A DNA stretch of 64,000 bases from Abditibacterium sp. (GTDB lineage Bacteria; Armatimonadota; Abditibacteriia; Abditibacteriales; Abditibacteriaceae): positions 1,948,443 through 2,012,442 of the forward strand of contig CBDASK010000003.1 in the NCBI GenBank assembly GCA_965199495.1, in the 5' to 3' direction. Below, one piece after another: positions 1-9,182 of this stretch (within the stretch, counting starts at the first letter, position 1; every line of letters starts with the position of its first letter). The notes below the pieces were generated by a model. It saw nothing but the letters and a program-made list of their open reading frames with translations. It was not told where the DNA came from and ran no database searches. Position numbers and translations under genes: made by a program.

Positions 1-182
1 AGGCGCCGGGGTTTTGATTGTTACCGTAAGGTGAATTCATTTTGTTCCTTTGTTTTATATCCGAAGGCACCTCCAAAGGGGCGCCCTTCGATAATTCTAC
101 TTAATTTCAAACGAATGTTAGCCGCCCACGCGCCACAAAAAGCGTGAGCGCGGCGGCGTGGCTGGAGTTGGCGGCGACTTAC

Positions 183-1250
183 TCAACTCCAGATTTGCGA
201 TTGTGATTGCACCGTTTGTCCGCTTTCGACGGCTTGATTCATCAACAGCGAAAGATAGTGATCTTGCGACGCTTCGGCGAGCGAATAAAAATCCGGCCCG
301 CCTTCGACGTATTCGCTCATTTTCTGCAAACAAGTCGCGACCGCGATTTCGTCGTCGCTCAGGCGGCCCGGCGCGAAGGGATTGCGATAAATCCATTCGT
401 TGCCCAGAGTGATGCCTTCGTGGTGCAACGCGCGCAGATCGTCGTTGTGTCCGGCGTCGCGCCGCACCAACTCCATTTCGACGGGCGTGCGAAAATCCAG
501 CAAAGTGCGCACTTTATCATCGGTAATTTCGCCACGTTCGCCGCGAACGAGCGTGCGCGACGCGCGAATCGAAGCGAAATACTGCGAACCGGTAAAATCG
601 AAAATGCCCAGCCGGTCGCTCCAATCGAACTGCGCCAATGTCTGCGTCGAAGTGACGATTTTTTCTTCGTCGGGCCAACCGTCGCGCCCCGCGCCCTGCA
701 CGATGGGCGACTCGAAATTGCGCGCGTTGATGGTGACGTTTTCAAAGTCAATGTCTAAATAACGGCGCAGTAAATTGATGCCGTGGTAGCCGTGCGCGAC
801 CGAAACCTGCGCCTGCGAAACGCGGCCCAGCCGCCCGCTACGCGCGATGGCGATGCGCGCGGCGTGCAACGGGCGAAATTGAAGTTGTTCGGCGACCTGA
901 ATGCGCGTGCCTTTAGTCTGTTCAAAAAGCGCGCTCAATCCGGCCAAATCGGGCGCAGGCGGCGTTTCGGCCAAAACGGGCATTTTGCGCTCGCTCAGTT
1001 CGCGCAACAGCGGGGGCGAAGCCTTCCACGGCACCGACACCACGACGAACTGCGGGCGCTCCGTCAAAAGTTCGTCCAAATCGCAACAGGCGGGCAAATC
1101 CCACTGGCGCCGCAAGTTTTCGGCGGTGGAAGCGTCGCGCGACATCAATCCGGTCACGCGGAAAAATTCGGGCAACTCGCGCGCGATGCGCAAGAAAAAT
1201 TCGGCGCGCCAGCCACTGGCGCCGACAATTGCAAATGTAATGGGTTTCAT
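183..1250 (-). CDS. Gfo/Idh/MocA family NAD(P)-dependent oxidoreductase
   Basis: 355 aa ORF. N-terminal Rossmann motif MKPITFAIVGASGW is typical of the Gfo/Idh/MocA N-terminal domain. Coding-like composition. Confidence 0.75.
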   Translation of the reverse strand: MKPITFAIVGASGWRAEFFLRIARELPEFFRVTGLMSRDASTAENLRRQWDLPACCDLDELLTERPQFVVVSVPWKASPPLLRELSERKMPVLAETPPAPDLAGLSALFEQTKGTRIQVAEQLQFRPLHAARIAIARSGRLGRVSQAQVSVAHGYHGINLLRRYLDIDFENVTINARNFESPIVQGAGRDGWPDEEKIVTSTQTLAQFDWSDRLGIFDFTGSQYFASIRASRTLVRGERGEITDDKVRTLLDFRTPVEMELVRRDAGHNDDLRALHHEGITLGNEWIYRNPFAPGRLSDDEIAVATCLQKMSEYVEGGPDFYSLAEASQDHYLSLLMNQAVESGQTVQSQSQIWS

Positions 1251-1382
1251 CGCGCGTGCAGTTTACGCTTGCGACGCTCGCCGGTTGGTGGCGCAACGAT
1301 TTCGGCGATTGGCTTCGCGCATTTTGCTATTTTTGAGGCCACCCATGACGCGACAAGGCGGTTTGCGCCAAACTTGCGATTA

Positions 1383-4300
1383 ATGGCTTCCCGTTTTCCG
1401 CTCCGCCGCGACGCGCGCACGCGCTACACGTTTGACGCACCGACCTTTTCCGAATTTGCCCACGCCCGCGAACTCTCCGCGAAAGTCAACGCGACGCGCG
1501 ATTTGGAATCGCAACCGCACCGCGCCGTAAGGTCGGGCCGTCTGGCCGCCGCCGCGCTTTTAGACGAAATTTTCGCGCATGCCATCGCGCTCTATTGCGA
1601 AGAAATCGAGGGCGACGCGCTCGAAGAGGCGCCTTCGTTTCTCGAAGAAAACATCGGCGCGCGCGAAATCGCCGAATTATTGAGCGAATTGCACGCGCAA
1701 TTCGATTTTTCCAAAGCGCGGCCCGACGCCATCGAATCGGGCGTGCGCTTGCGTTTGGCCAACCTCAATCCGGCGCTTTCGACGTTTGGCGAATTGTTCG
1801 ACGACGCCGAATTGCCCGCGCCGTGGCTGTCCGCATGGACGGCCCTCGATTCTTATTTCGCCGCCCTGCCCGGCTTTGGGCCGGATGATTTGCCGCTATT
1901 GCAATTTTTGCTGGCACCGATTCTGGCGCATCCCGATTCGATTGATGAACAATTGAAGTTCATGTTAAAGCGTTGGGGCCGCATTGTCGAACCGTTCGCG
2001 GCGCGTTTGCTGACGCATTTGGACGTGATTCGCGAAGAAGAAAAGCCGACGTTTTTCGGCCCCGGCCCGGCGCATGTCGCCGATTATTCGCGCGGCGGCG
2101 GCAGCAATGTCGTTGGCATGGACGAACACGAAGCGTTTTCGCCCGATAGAGAATGGATGCCGCGCGTGGTTTTGTTGGCGAAAAGCACTTACGTCTGGCT
2201 CGATCAACTCTCGAAAAAATACGAGCGCCACATTTACCGATTGGATCAAGTGCCCGACGAAGAATTGGATGACTTGGCGAGTTATGGCATTACCGGTTTG
2301 TGGCTGATTGGTTTGTGGCAACGCTCCAAAGCCAGCCAAAACATCAAGCAAATCACCGGCAATCCCGACGCTTTGGCTTCAGCGTATTCGCTGTTTTCTT
2401 ACGATGTCGCGTGGGAAATCGGCGGGCAAGAGGCGCTCGATAACCTCAGCGCGCGCGCCGGACAACGCGGCATTCGCATGGCTTCGGACATGGTGCCCAA
2501 CCACATGGCGATTGATTCGCGCTGGGTCATCGAGCATCCCGATTGGTTTTTGAGTTTGCCGCACCAACCGTTTCCCAACGGCGATTTCGCCACGCCCGAT
2601 TTGTGCGATGACGAGCGCGTCAGCGTTTATCTCGAAGCCGGATATTATTCTAAAACTGATGCTTCGGTAGTTTTTAAACGCGTTGACAATTGGTCGGGCG
2701 ATACACGTTTCATCTATCACGGCAACGACGGAACAGCTATTCCGTGGAACGATACGGCGCAACTCAATTATTTGATGCCCGAAGTGCGTGAAGCGGCGAT
2801 TCAAACGATTATGCACGTCGCTCGGCAGTTCCCGATCATCCGTTTCGACGCGGCGATGACGCTGGCGAAACGACATTTTCATCGGTTGTGGTTTCCCGCG
2901 CCCGGCGAGGGCGGCGATATTCCCTCGCGCGCCGGACGCGGTTTGAGCGGCGCGCAGTTCGACGCCGCGATGCCGGTCGAGTTTTGGCGCGAAGTCGTGG
3001 ATTTGGTCGCGCGCGAATTGCCCGACACGCTGCTTTTGGCCGAAGCGTTTTGGATGATGGAATCGTATTTCGTGCGCACGCTGGGCATGCACCGCGTTTA
3101 TAATTCGGCGTTTATGCACATGCTGCGCGACGAAGATAATCAAGAGTATCGCCTGACTTTAAAGAATACTTTGGAGTTCGATCCCGATATTCTGGGGCGC
3201 TTCGTTAATTTCATGAACAACCCCGACGAAGAAACCGCCGTCGAGCAGTTCGGCAAAAGCGACAAATATTTCGGCGTCTGCACGTTGCTCGCGACTTTGC
3301 CGGGCTTGCCGATGTTTGGGCACGGCCAACTCGAAGGTTACGCCGAGAAATATGGCATGGAATATCCGCGCGCTTATTGGGACGAAAAAGTGGACAAACC
3401 GTTTTTGGCGCATCACAAAACGGCGATTTTCCCCCTACTCAAAAGGCGCGCGTTGTTCGCGGGCAGCGCCAATTTCACGTTGTATGATTTTTGGGTGGAC
3501 AATCACGTCAACGAGAACGTGTTCGCCTATTCCAACCGCGTCGGCGACGACCGGGCGCTGGTGATTTACAACAACAAATACGAGAAAACCAGCGGTTGGA
3601 TCAAATCTTCGGTCGGGTTCGCCGAGAAATCGTCCGACGGCGACAAGACGATAAAACAGCGCACGCTGGGCGAGTCGTTGAGCCTGACGCCGACCAATCA
3701 ACATTGGACGATTTTTCGCGATAACACGAGCAAAATGGAGTTCATTCGCTCGTCGAAAGAGCTGGTCGAAAAAGGCATGTTCGTCGAATTGAACGAATAC
3801 GGTTGCCAAGTTTTTCTGGATTTTCGCGAAGTCAAAGACGAAAGCGGATTATATGCGCGCTTGGCCAATTTGCTGGCGGGCGAGGGCACGCCAAGCGTAA
3901 ATCGCGCGCTCAAAGAGATGTTGCTCGAATCGGTTTTGGTGCCATTTCGCAAACTCTGCGACGCCGATTTGTGGGCGCAAGTGTTGGGAATCGCACCCAA
4001 AACGGCGGAAGTTGAAGCGCCCAAACTTGTGGCGAATTCGGCCAAGACGCCCGCCGTGGCTGCTGTTGTCGAAGTGCCAAAAGTTGTAGCCGTTAAACCC
4101 GATGCGGCGGCGCTCGAAACGCTCGAAGAACGCTGGCTCAAAGCCGCGCGCGCCATCAAACGCTTCGTGAAATCGGACGTGGACGAAGCGCAGTTACTCA
4201 TTCAATTGCGCTCGCGTTTGGAACGCGCCATCGCGTCAAAAGCGCCCGATGCAACGCGCGCACAGTTGTTGTCTTATGCTCTGGTCGCCGATTTGGGCGC

Positions 4301-4757
4301 GTTAAACGCGGGTGAAGGCGCGAAGACGCAAAGCCGCCAATGGTTCGACGATTGGCTCTTGGGCGAATCGCTTGCCGTGCCATTGGAACAATTGGGCGCC
4401 GAAGCGGAGGCCGTTGTCGAAATCGGTTGGTGGCTGGCGCATCTACACAAAGCCGAGCCGTTCGCACTGTTGTTGCAGTTATTGGCGGACGAAAGCGCCA
4501 AAGCGCAATTGGGCGTCAACCGCTTCGAGGGCACGTTGTGGTTTAATGCCGAAGGCTGGCAAACATTGCGCGAGGCGTTGCAACGCGGTGCCGAATTCGA
4601 GAGCATTAAGTTGCCGTTGAAGGAGTTGGACGATGCAGCCACGGCGAGTGGCTATCGCGTCGTCGCGTGGATGGAAGCGGCGCGTGGAACCGAGGAAGTC
4701 GCGGAAGTTGTGGCGCCGAAGCCGCAATCGGCGCGCAAAAAGGCACCGCAAAAGTAA
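1383..4757 (+). CDS. GH13 (alpha-amylase family) glycoside hydrolase with large N- and C-terminal extensions
   Basis: GH13 conserved regions are present: DMVPNHMA (region I), IIRFDAAMT (region II), LLLAEAFW (region III), FVNFMNNPDEE (region IV). The ORF track extends to 783, but that part overlaps the opposite-strand gene, so I start at ATG 1383 (MASRFPLRRD). Confidence 0.7.
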   Translation: MASRFPLRRDARTRYTFDAPTFSEFAHARELSAKVNATRDLESQPHRAVRSGRLAAAALLDEIFAHAIALYCEEIEGDALEEAPSFLEENIGAREIAELLSELHAQFDFSKARPDAIESGVRLRLANLNPALSTFGELFDDAELPAPWLSAWTALDSYFAALPGFGPDDLPLLQFLLAPILAHPDSIDEQLKFMLKRWGRIVEPFAARLLTHLDVIREEEKPTFFGPGPAHVADYSRGGGSNVVGMDEHEAFSPDREWMPRVVLLAKSTYVWLDQLSKKYERHIYRLDQVPDEELDDLASYGITGLWLIGLWQRSKASQNIKQITGNPDALASAYSLFSYDVAWEIGGQEALDNLSARAGQRGIRMASDMVPNHMAIDSRWVIEHPDWFLSLPHQPFPNGDFATPDLCDDERVSVYLEAGYYSKTDASVVFKRVDNWSGDTRFIYHGNDGTAIPWNDTAQLNYLMPEVREAAIQTIMHVARQFPIIRFDAAMTLAKRHFHRLWFPAPGEGGDIPSRAGRGLSGAQFDAAMPVEFWREVVDLVARELPDTLLLAEAFWMMESYFVRTLGMHRVYNSAFMHMLRDEDNQEYRLTLKNTLEFDPDILGRFVNFMNNPDEETAVEQFGKSDKYFGVCTLLATLPGLPMFGHGQLEGYAEKYGMEYPRAYWDEKVDKPFLAHHKTAIFPLLKRRALFAGSANFTLYDFWVDNHVNENVFAYSNRVGDDRALVIYNNKYEKTSGWIKSSVGFAEKSSDGDKTIKQRTLGESLSLTPTNQHWTIFRDNTSKMEFIRSSKELVEKGMFVELNEYGCQVFLDFREVKDESGLYARLANLLAGEGTPSVNRALKEMLLESVLVPFRKLCDADLWAQVLGIAPKTAEVEAPKLVANSAKTPAVAAVVEVPKVVAVKPDAAALETLEERWLKAARAIKRFVKSDVDEAQLLIQLRSRLERAIASKAPDATRAQLLSYALVADLGALNAGEGAKTQSRQWFDDWLLGESLAVPLEQLGAEAEAVVEIGWWLAHLHKAEPFALLLQLLADESAKAQLGVNRFEGTLWFNAEGWQTLREALQRGAEFESIKLPLKELDDAATASGYRVVAWMEAARGTEEVAEVVAPKPQSARKKAPQK

Positions 4758-4787
4758 GCGCGCAAAGTACGGATGGGAGTGTCAACT

Positions 4788-5708
4788 ATGTTTTTCACTG
4801 GATTCGCTGACGAAGCGGGCGCGGATTTGTCGGTTCAAATCGCTGCCACGAAAGCTCTGGGCTGGCGCCACATCGAAATGCGCAACGTTCGCGTTGAAGG
4901 CGCGACCAACGCGAATTTCGTGGAAGGCGCACGAAGTGCCGTTGCGGGCGGCAATGTTTGCGATATTCCCGACGCGGCCTTCGAGCTTTTGGTCGCCGCG
5001 TTGGACGAAGCGGAGGTGCGAATCAATTGTTTCGGCTCGGCGCTGGCCAATGGCAGCAAAAGCGTCGAGGCGCCCTTTGACGACGAATGGCAAGAAGCCA
5101 AACGCGCCGCGCGCCGCATGGAGCGTTTGGGCACTCGATTAATTCGCGTGATGAGTTATCGCGCCCTGCCCGGCGCCGACCAAATGGCCGACGAGCGGTT
5201 TCGGCGTCTACGCGAGATGAACCAATTGTTCGCGGATGCGGGCGCGCAAATGGTTCACGAAAATTGCGCGGGATATGGTGGCAACAGCGCGCAGCATACG
5301 CTCGAAATGCTGGATGCGGTGCCGGGATTAAAACTCGTTTTCGATACCGGCAATCCCACGCGCGAAGCCGATCTGTCAAAACCGCCCGACGAAACGGGCG
5401 CTCGCCCGCGCCAATCGTCGTGGGATTTTTATGCGCAGGTCAAAGCGCACATCGCCTACGTTCACCTCAAAGACGGCATTTACGACGAAACCACCAAAAC
5501 GCATCGCTGGGTCATGGCGGGCGACGGGCAAGGCGATGTGCGCCGCATTTTGGCCGACTTGCTGGCCAACGGCTACGACGGCGGTTTGTCTATCGAGCCG
5601 CATTTACCCGCCGAACGGTTGCCCGAATTGGAACCGTCGAAAGCGCGCGTGCAGAACTATTTGGATTTCGGGCGGCGCGCGATGCAGTTGGTTGACGAAC
5701 TCAATTGA
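4788..5708 (+). CDS. sugar phosphate isomerase/epimerase (xylose isomerase-like TIM barrel)
   Basis: MFFTGFADEAG N-terminus and TIM-barrel-like composition. GGGAG Shine-Dalgarno 9 bp upstream of ATG 4788. The ORF track start 4773 is also possible. Confidence 0.65.
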   Translation: MFFTGFADEAGADLSVQIAATKALGWRHIEMRNVRVEGATNANFVEGARSAVAGGNVCDIPDAAFELLVAALDEAEVRINCFGSALANGSKSVEAPFDDEWQEAKRAARRMERLGTRLIRVMSYRALPGADQMADERFRRLREMNQLFADAGAQMVHENCAGYGGNSAQHTLEMLDAVPGLKLVFDTGNPTREADLSKPPDETGARPRQSSWDFYAQVKAHIAYVHLKDGIYDETTKTHRWVMAGDGQGDVRRILADLLANGYDGGLSIEPHLPAERLPELEPSKARVQNYLDFGRRAMQLVDELN

Positions 5709-5787
5709 CAGAACTGCCAACGTGCCGCAATTTTTTGACGGCAATTCATAGCATTGTTCGAAGTCCTGTTGGCCTTTTGAAACGTAG

Positions 5788-7425
5788 ATGTTACACTGGG
5801 CGCCCTTGAATCGCGCCCGCGCTTTTGCGCCGAAATTCGCGGTTCGGAGTTTCCCCCTTTTGAAGTCAAAAACCCCTGTTTCCGCGCGTCTCAAAACCGA
5901 ATGGTTGGCCAATCCCGGCGTCAATCTCATCTCCGGTTTGCTGGTCGCGCTCGCGCTCATTCCCGAAGCCATCGGCTTCTCGATTGTGTGCGGGCTTGAT
6001 CCCAAATACGGTTTATACGCCTCGTTCATTATCGCCGTCACGATTTCGATTGCTGGCGGGCGCATGGGCATGATCTCGGCAGCCACGGGCGCCGTGGCTC
6101 TGGCCCTCGTGCCGTTGTTGCGCCCGGATTTGGGCGCGCCCTCGCCCGAAAACATCAATTTGATGTTCGCCGCCGCGATTATCGCGGGCCTGTTTCAGAT
6201 TTTGTTCGGCTGGCGCAAGCTGGGACGCTATATGAAATACGTGCCCAAACCGGTCATGGTCGGCTTTGTCAACGCGCTCGCGATTTTGATTTTCATGGCG
6301 CAGTGGCCACAATTTCATGGCGCCAACTGGACGATGTATGCCTTCATTGCCGCCGGACTCGCGATTATTTATGGTTTGCCCGCCTTGTTGAATCTGCTGC
6401 CCGAAGGGCCGGGCCAAAGTTTGGGCCTCATTCCCTCGCCCTTAATTGCTATTATCGTATTGACGATGTCGGCGCATTATTCGGGCATCATCGGCATCAA
6501 AACGGTCGGCGATATGGGCGAATTTCCCTCCTCGCTGCCCCATTTGAACTTTTTCACGATTCCGATTAACACGACGACGCTCGCGATCATTATTCCGCTT
6601 GGTCTAACAATCGCGATGATCGGCCTTATTGAATCGCTTTTAACCGCGCAATTGTTGGACGAAAAAACCGACACGCCGAGCGACAAAAGTCGCGAATCGA
6701 AAGGTCAGGGCATCGCCAATATCCTATCGAGCCTATTTGGCGGAATGCCCGGTTGCGCGATGATCGGCCAATCCATGATCAACTTCGCGGGCGGCGGGCG
6801 CACGCGACTTTCCACGTTTTCGGCGGGCGTTTTTCTGCTGATTTTGATTGTCGCGCTGGGGCCATACGTCAAAATGATGCCGATGGGCGCTCTGGTTGCC
6901 GTGATGATTATGGTCTCGGTTTCGACGTTCGATTGGAAATCGTTGTCCAGTCTCAAAGAGCAGCCACGCGGCGAAGCCATCGTGATGTTGGCGACTGTTG
7001 GCACCACAGTTTTGACCCACGATTTATCGCGCGGCGTCCTCGTCGGCGTGGTTTTGTCGGCTTTATTTTTCCTGCGCCGCATCTCTAAGATGATGGACAT
7101 CGAGAGTTTTTGGGACGGCGAAACGCGCACGATTACGCACGCGATTCACGGCCAAATGTTCTTCGCTTCGACGACGGCGTTTTTGGAACTGATTGACGAT
7201 ACCAACGCCGATTACGAAGCCGCCGAGCGTTTCGTGTTAGATTTTCGCGGCTCGCACGTTTGGGACGGCTCCGCCGTGGCTGCTGTTGATAAAGTTGTCT
7301 TGCGCGAACGCAATCGCGGTTTGGAAGTCGAAGTCATCGGTTTGAACGAAGCGAGCGAAGGTATTGTGGATAAGTTGGCCGTGCATCGCAGCGATGACGC
7401 GCCGCAAAGCCTAAGCGCGCATTGA
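5788..7425 (+). CDS. SulP family inorganic anion transporter with C-terminal STAS domain
   Basis: 545 aa. SulP N-terminal signature LISGLLVALALIPEAIGFSIVCGLDPKYGLYAS, many TM segments, STAS-like C-terminus. Confidence 0.8.
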   Translation: MLHWAPLNRARAFAPKFAVRSFPLLKSKTPVSARLKTEWLANPGVNLISGLLVALALIPEAIGFSIVCGLDPKYGLYASFIIAVTISIAGGRMGMISAATGAVALALVPLLRPDLGAPSPENINLMFAAAIIAGLFQILFGWRKLGRYMKYVPKPVMVGFVNALAILIFMAQWPQFHGANWTMYAFIAAGLAIIYGLPALLNLLPEGPGQSLGLIPSPLIAIIVLTMSAHYSGIIGIKTVGDMGEFPSSLPHLNFFTIPINTTTLAIIIPLGLTIAMIGLIESLLTAQLLDEKTDTPSDKSRESKGQGIANILSSLFGGMPGCAMIGQSMINFAGGGRTRLSTFSAGVFLLILIVALGPYVKMMPMGALVAVMIMVSVSTFDWKSLSSLKEQPRGEAIVMLATVGTTVLTHDLSRGVLVGVVLSALFFLRRISKMMDIESFWDGETRTITHAIHGQMFFASTTAFLELIDDTNADYEAAERFVLDFRGSHVWDGSAVAAVDKVVLRERNRGLEVEVIGLNEASEGIVDKLAVHRSDDAPQSLSAH

Positions 7426-7433
7426 TGTTTTAA

Positions 7434-7569
7434 GCCACAAAGTTCACGGAGAACGCACAAAGGACACGAAGACAAGAAACTAATTTATAAAATCGAGAAT
7501 ATGAAATAGAGTTCTTTTATTTGATAATTTCTATTGCTTTCTTTGTGTTCCTTTGTGTTCTTTGTGGCC
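7434..7569. repeat. imperfect inverted repeat built from CACAAAG / GAACACGAAG modules (low-GC intergenic hairpin)
   Basis: Left arm gccacaaagttcacggagaacgcacaaaggacacgaag. Right arm ctttgtgttcctttgtgttctttgtggcc. About 60 nt AT-rich loop. Lies between the SulP gene and the rlpA-like gene. Confidence 0.6.
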
Positions 7570-7642
7570 AATTTGAACCTTGATTTGCAGCAACAAGCCG
7601 ACGGGTGAAAGCGAATCGAAACTTCTGCGTCCACCGGACGCG

Positions 7643-8014
7643 ATGACAAAAACTTCTCTGAAACTGACGGCGATTTTCGCATTAAGCGGCGCCCTTGCCG
7701 TCGCGCCTCATAGCGAGGCCAAACCGAAAAAGCATCAAAAAGCCAAGCATTCCTCGAAGCGCACCGTGCGCGGGCGCGCTTCTTACCACCAACATACATC
7801 GAGCATGGTGACGGCGGCGCGCGTGCCGCGTGGCTCGAAATTGTGGGTCTGGCACGCCAGCAAACCCGAAGCGAGCGGTTTCGCTGTCACCGTCAACGAT
7901 GCTGGCCCTTACACGCCCGGTCGCGTTTTGGATTTATCAACCGGCGCGTTCAAACGTCTCTACGGCGGCCTCAATCGCGGCGTCGGCCCGGTCTGCTACC
8001 GCGTCCTCAGCTAA
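7643..8014 (+). CDS. RlpA-like double-psi beta-barrel lipoprotein (septal ring lytic transglycosylase RlpA family)
   Basis: Signal peptide MTKTSLKLTAIFALSGALAVAPHSEA, then a DPBB-like region (ASYHQHTSSMVTAARVPRGSKLWVWHASKPEASGFAVTVNDAGPYTPGRVLDLSTGAFKRLYG). Confidence 0.6.
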   Translation: MTKTSLKLTAIFALSGALAVAPHSEAKPKKHQKAKHSSKRTVRGRASYHQHTSSMVTAARVPRGSKLWVWHASKPEASGFAVTVNDAGPYTPGRVLDLSTGAFKRLYGGLNRGVGPVCYRVLS

Positions 8015-8016
8015 TT

Positions 8017-8985
8017 TTAATAGCCCGCGTCGGCATCCACCAAGTTATGCAGAGGTTTGTCGGCAATGAACCGCTGCAAATTATCCAGAAATATTTCATT
8101 CGCGCGCGCCGTATAATCGGGATGATTGCCGCTGAAATGCGGCGTAATCACGACATTCTCCATTGTCCACAACGGATGATCGGCGGGCAATGGTTCGGGA
8201 TCGGTCACATCCAACAGCGCCGCGCGGGCTTTGCCGCTTTGCAACCACGCCATCAACGCGCCGGTATCAATGGTTTCGCCGCGTCCGGTGTTAATCACAA
8301 TCGCGCCATCGGGCAAAGCCTCGAACTCGGCGTGGCTCATAAAACCGCGTGTATCGTCGGTGAGCGGCAAAGTATTCATCACGACATCGCACTGCGCGAA
8401 AAACTCGATTTTCTGGTCGGGCGTCCACATTTGCTCGACATCATCAACCGGTTCGCCGCCCTTGCGCAAACCGATGACGCGCATATCAAACGCCTTTCCA
8501 ACGTGCGCCGCGTGCGCGCCGATGGCGCCGACGCCCAAAACGCCCAGCGTTTTGTCGGCGATGCGCTGCACGCGCGGGCCATAATCGAAGCCACGCCAAT
8601 CGCGTTTGGGTTGCTCGCGTAGAGCCACGTCGAGGGCGCGCGTGTTCATTAGCAGCATACCAAACATCTGCTCGGTAATCGGCTGCGCGTGAATGCCGCT
8701 GGTCGTGGTGACTTGAACGCCACGTTTTGCGAGTTCTTGAATGGGCCAACGATTGACGCCCGCGCTGAACAATTGCAGCCAGCGCAAATTTTCAGCGCGC
8801 CCAATTTCGTCGGGCTTGACGCTTTCGTAAATGATGTGAGCGCGCTTCAACGCGCTTTCGTCGTCGGGCGAAACGATTTCGCAATCGGGCGCGATTTCGC
8901 CGATGCGAGCGTGCAAATTTTCGTCTTTGTTGCCAACGAGCAACACTAAATTTTCGTTCATCGCGCGCATTGGAGCGGATAGCAC
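8017..8985 (-). CDS. D-isomer-specific 2-hydroxyacid dehydrogenase (NAD-binding)
   Basis: 322 aa. GVLGVGAIGAHAAHVGKAFDMRVIGL NAD-binding motif and catalytic-domain layout of D-2-hydroxyacid dehydrogenases. Confidence 0.8.
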   Translation of the reverse strand: MLSAPMRAMNENLVLLVGNKDENLHARIGEIAPDCEIVSPDDESALKRAHIIYESVKPDEIGRAENLRWLQLFSAGVNRWPIQELAKRGVQVTTTSGIHAQPITEQMFGMLLMNTRALDVALREQPKRDWRGFDYGPRVQRIADKTLGVLGVGAIGAHAAHVGKAFDMRVIGLRKGGEPVDDVEQMWTPDQKIEFFAQCDVVMNTLPLTDDTRGFMSHAEFEALPDGAIVINTGRGETIDTGALMAWLQSGKARAALLDVTDPEPLPADHPLWTMENVVITPHFSGNHPDYTARANEIFLDNLQRFIADKPLHNLVDADAGY

Positions 8986-8995
8986 GCCAAACGCA

Positions 8996-9034
8996 AAAAA
9001 CCGGATTCATCGTAAGAATGAATCCGGTTTTAAA
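8996..9034 (-). terminator. rho-independent terminator hairpin downstream of tRNA-Ala
   Basis: ccggattcat-cgtaaga-atgaatccgg stem-loop followed by a T tract on the minus strand (aaaaacc on plus). Sits immediately 3' of the tRNA. Confidence 0.6.
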
Positions 9035-9037
9035 TTA

Positions 9038-9110
9038 TGGAGCTTAGCGGAATCGAACCGCTGACCTCCTGCTTGCAAAGCAGGCGCTCTCCCAATTGAG
9101 CTAAAGCCCC
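9038..9110 (-). tRNA. tRNA-Ala (anticodon TGC)
   Basis: The reverse complement reads GGGGCTTTAGCTCAATTGGGAGAGCGCCTGCTTTGCAAGCAGGAGGTCAGCGGTTCGATTCCGCTAAGCTCCA. It has a G3:U70 pair, anticodon loop cTTTGCAa, T-arm GGTTCGATTCC and discriminator A. Confidence 0.9.
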
Positions 9111-9182
9111 AAAAGACGCTAACATTATACCGCAAAACGCCCAGTCGCGACAACTCGCCAAACTGTATCTCAAATAAATTTT

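Noticed and set aside
783-1382. The ORF track extends the GH13 gene 200 codons upstream.
   Set aside because: That segment fully overlaps the opposite-strand Gfo/Idh/MocA gene and is Arg-rich (typical wrong-frame translation of high-GC DNA). A plausible ATG exists at 1383, right after the convergent gene ends.
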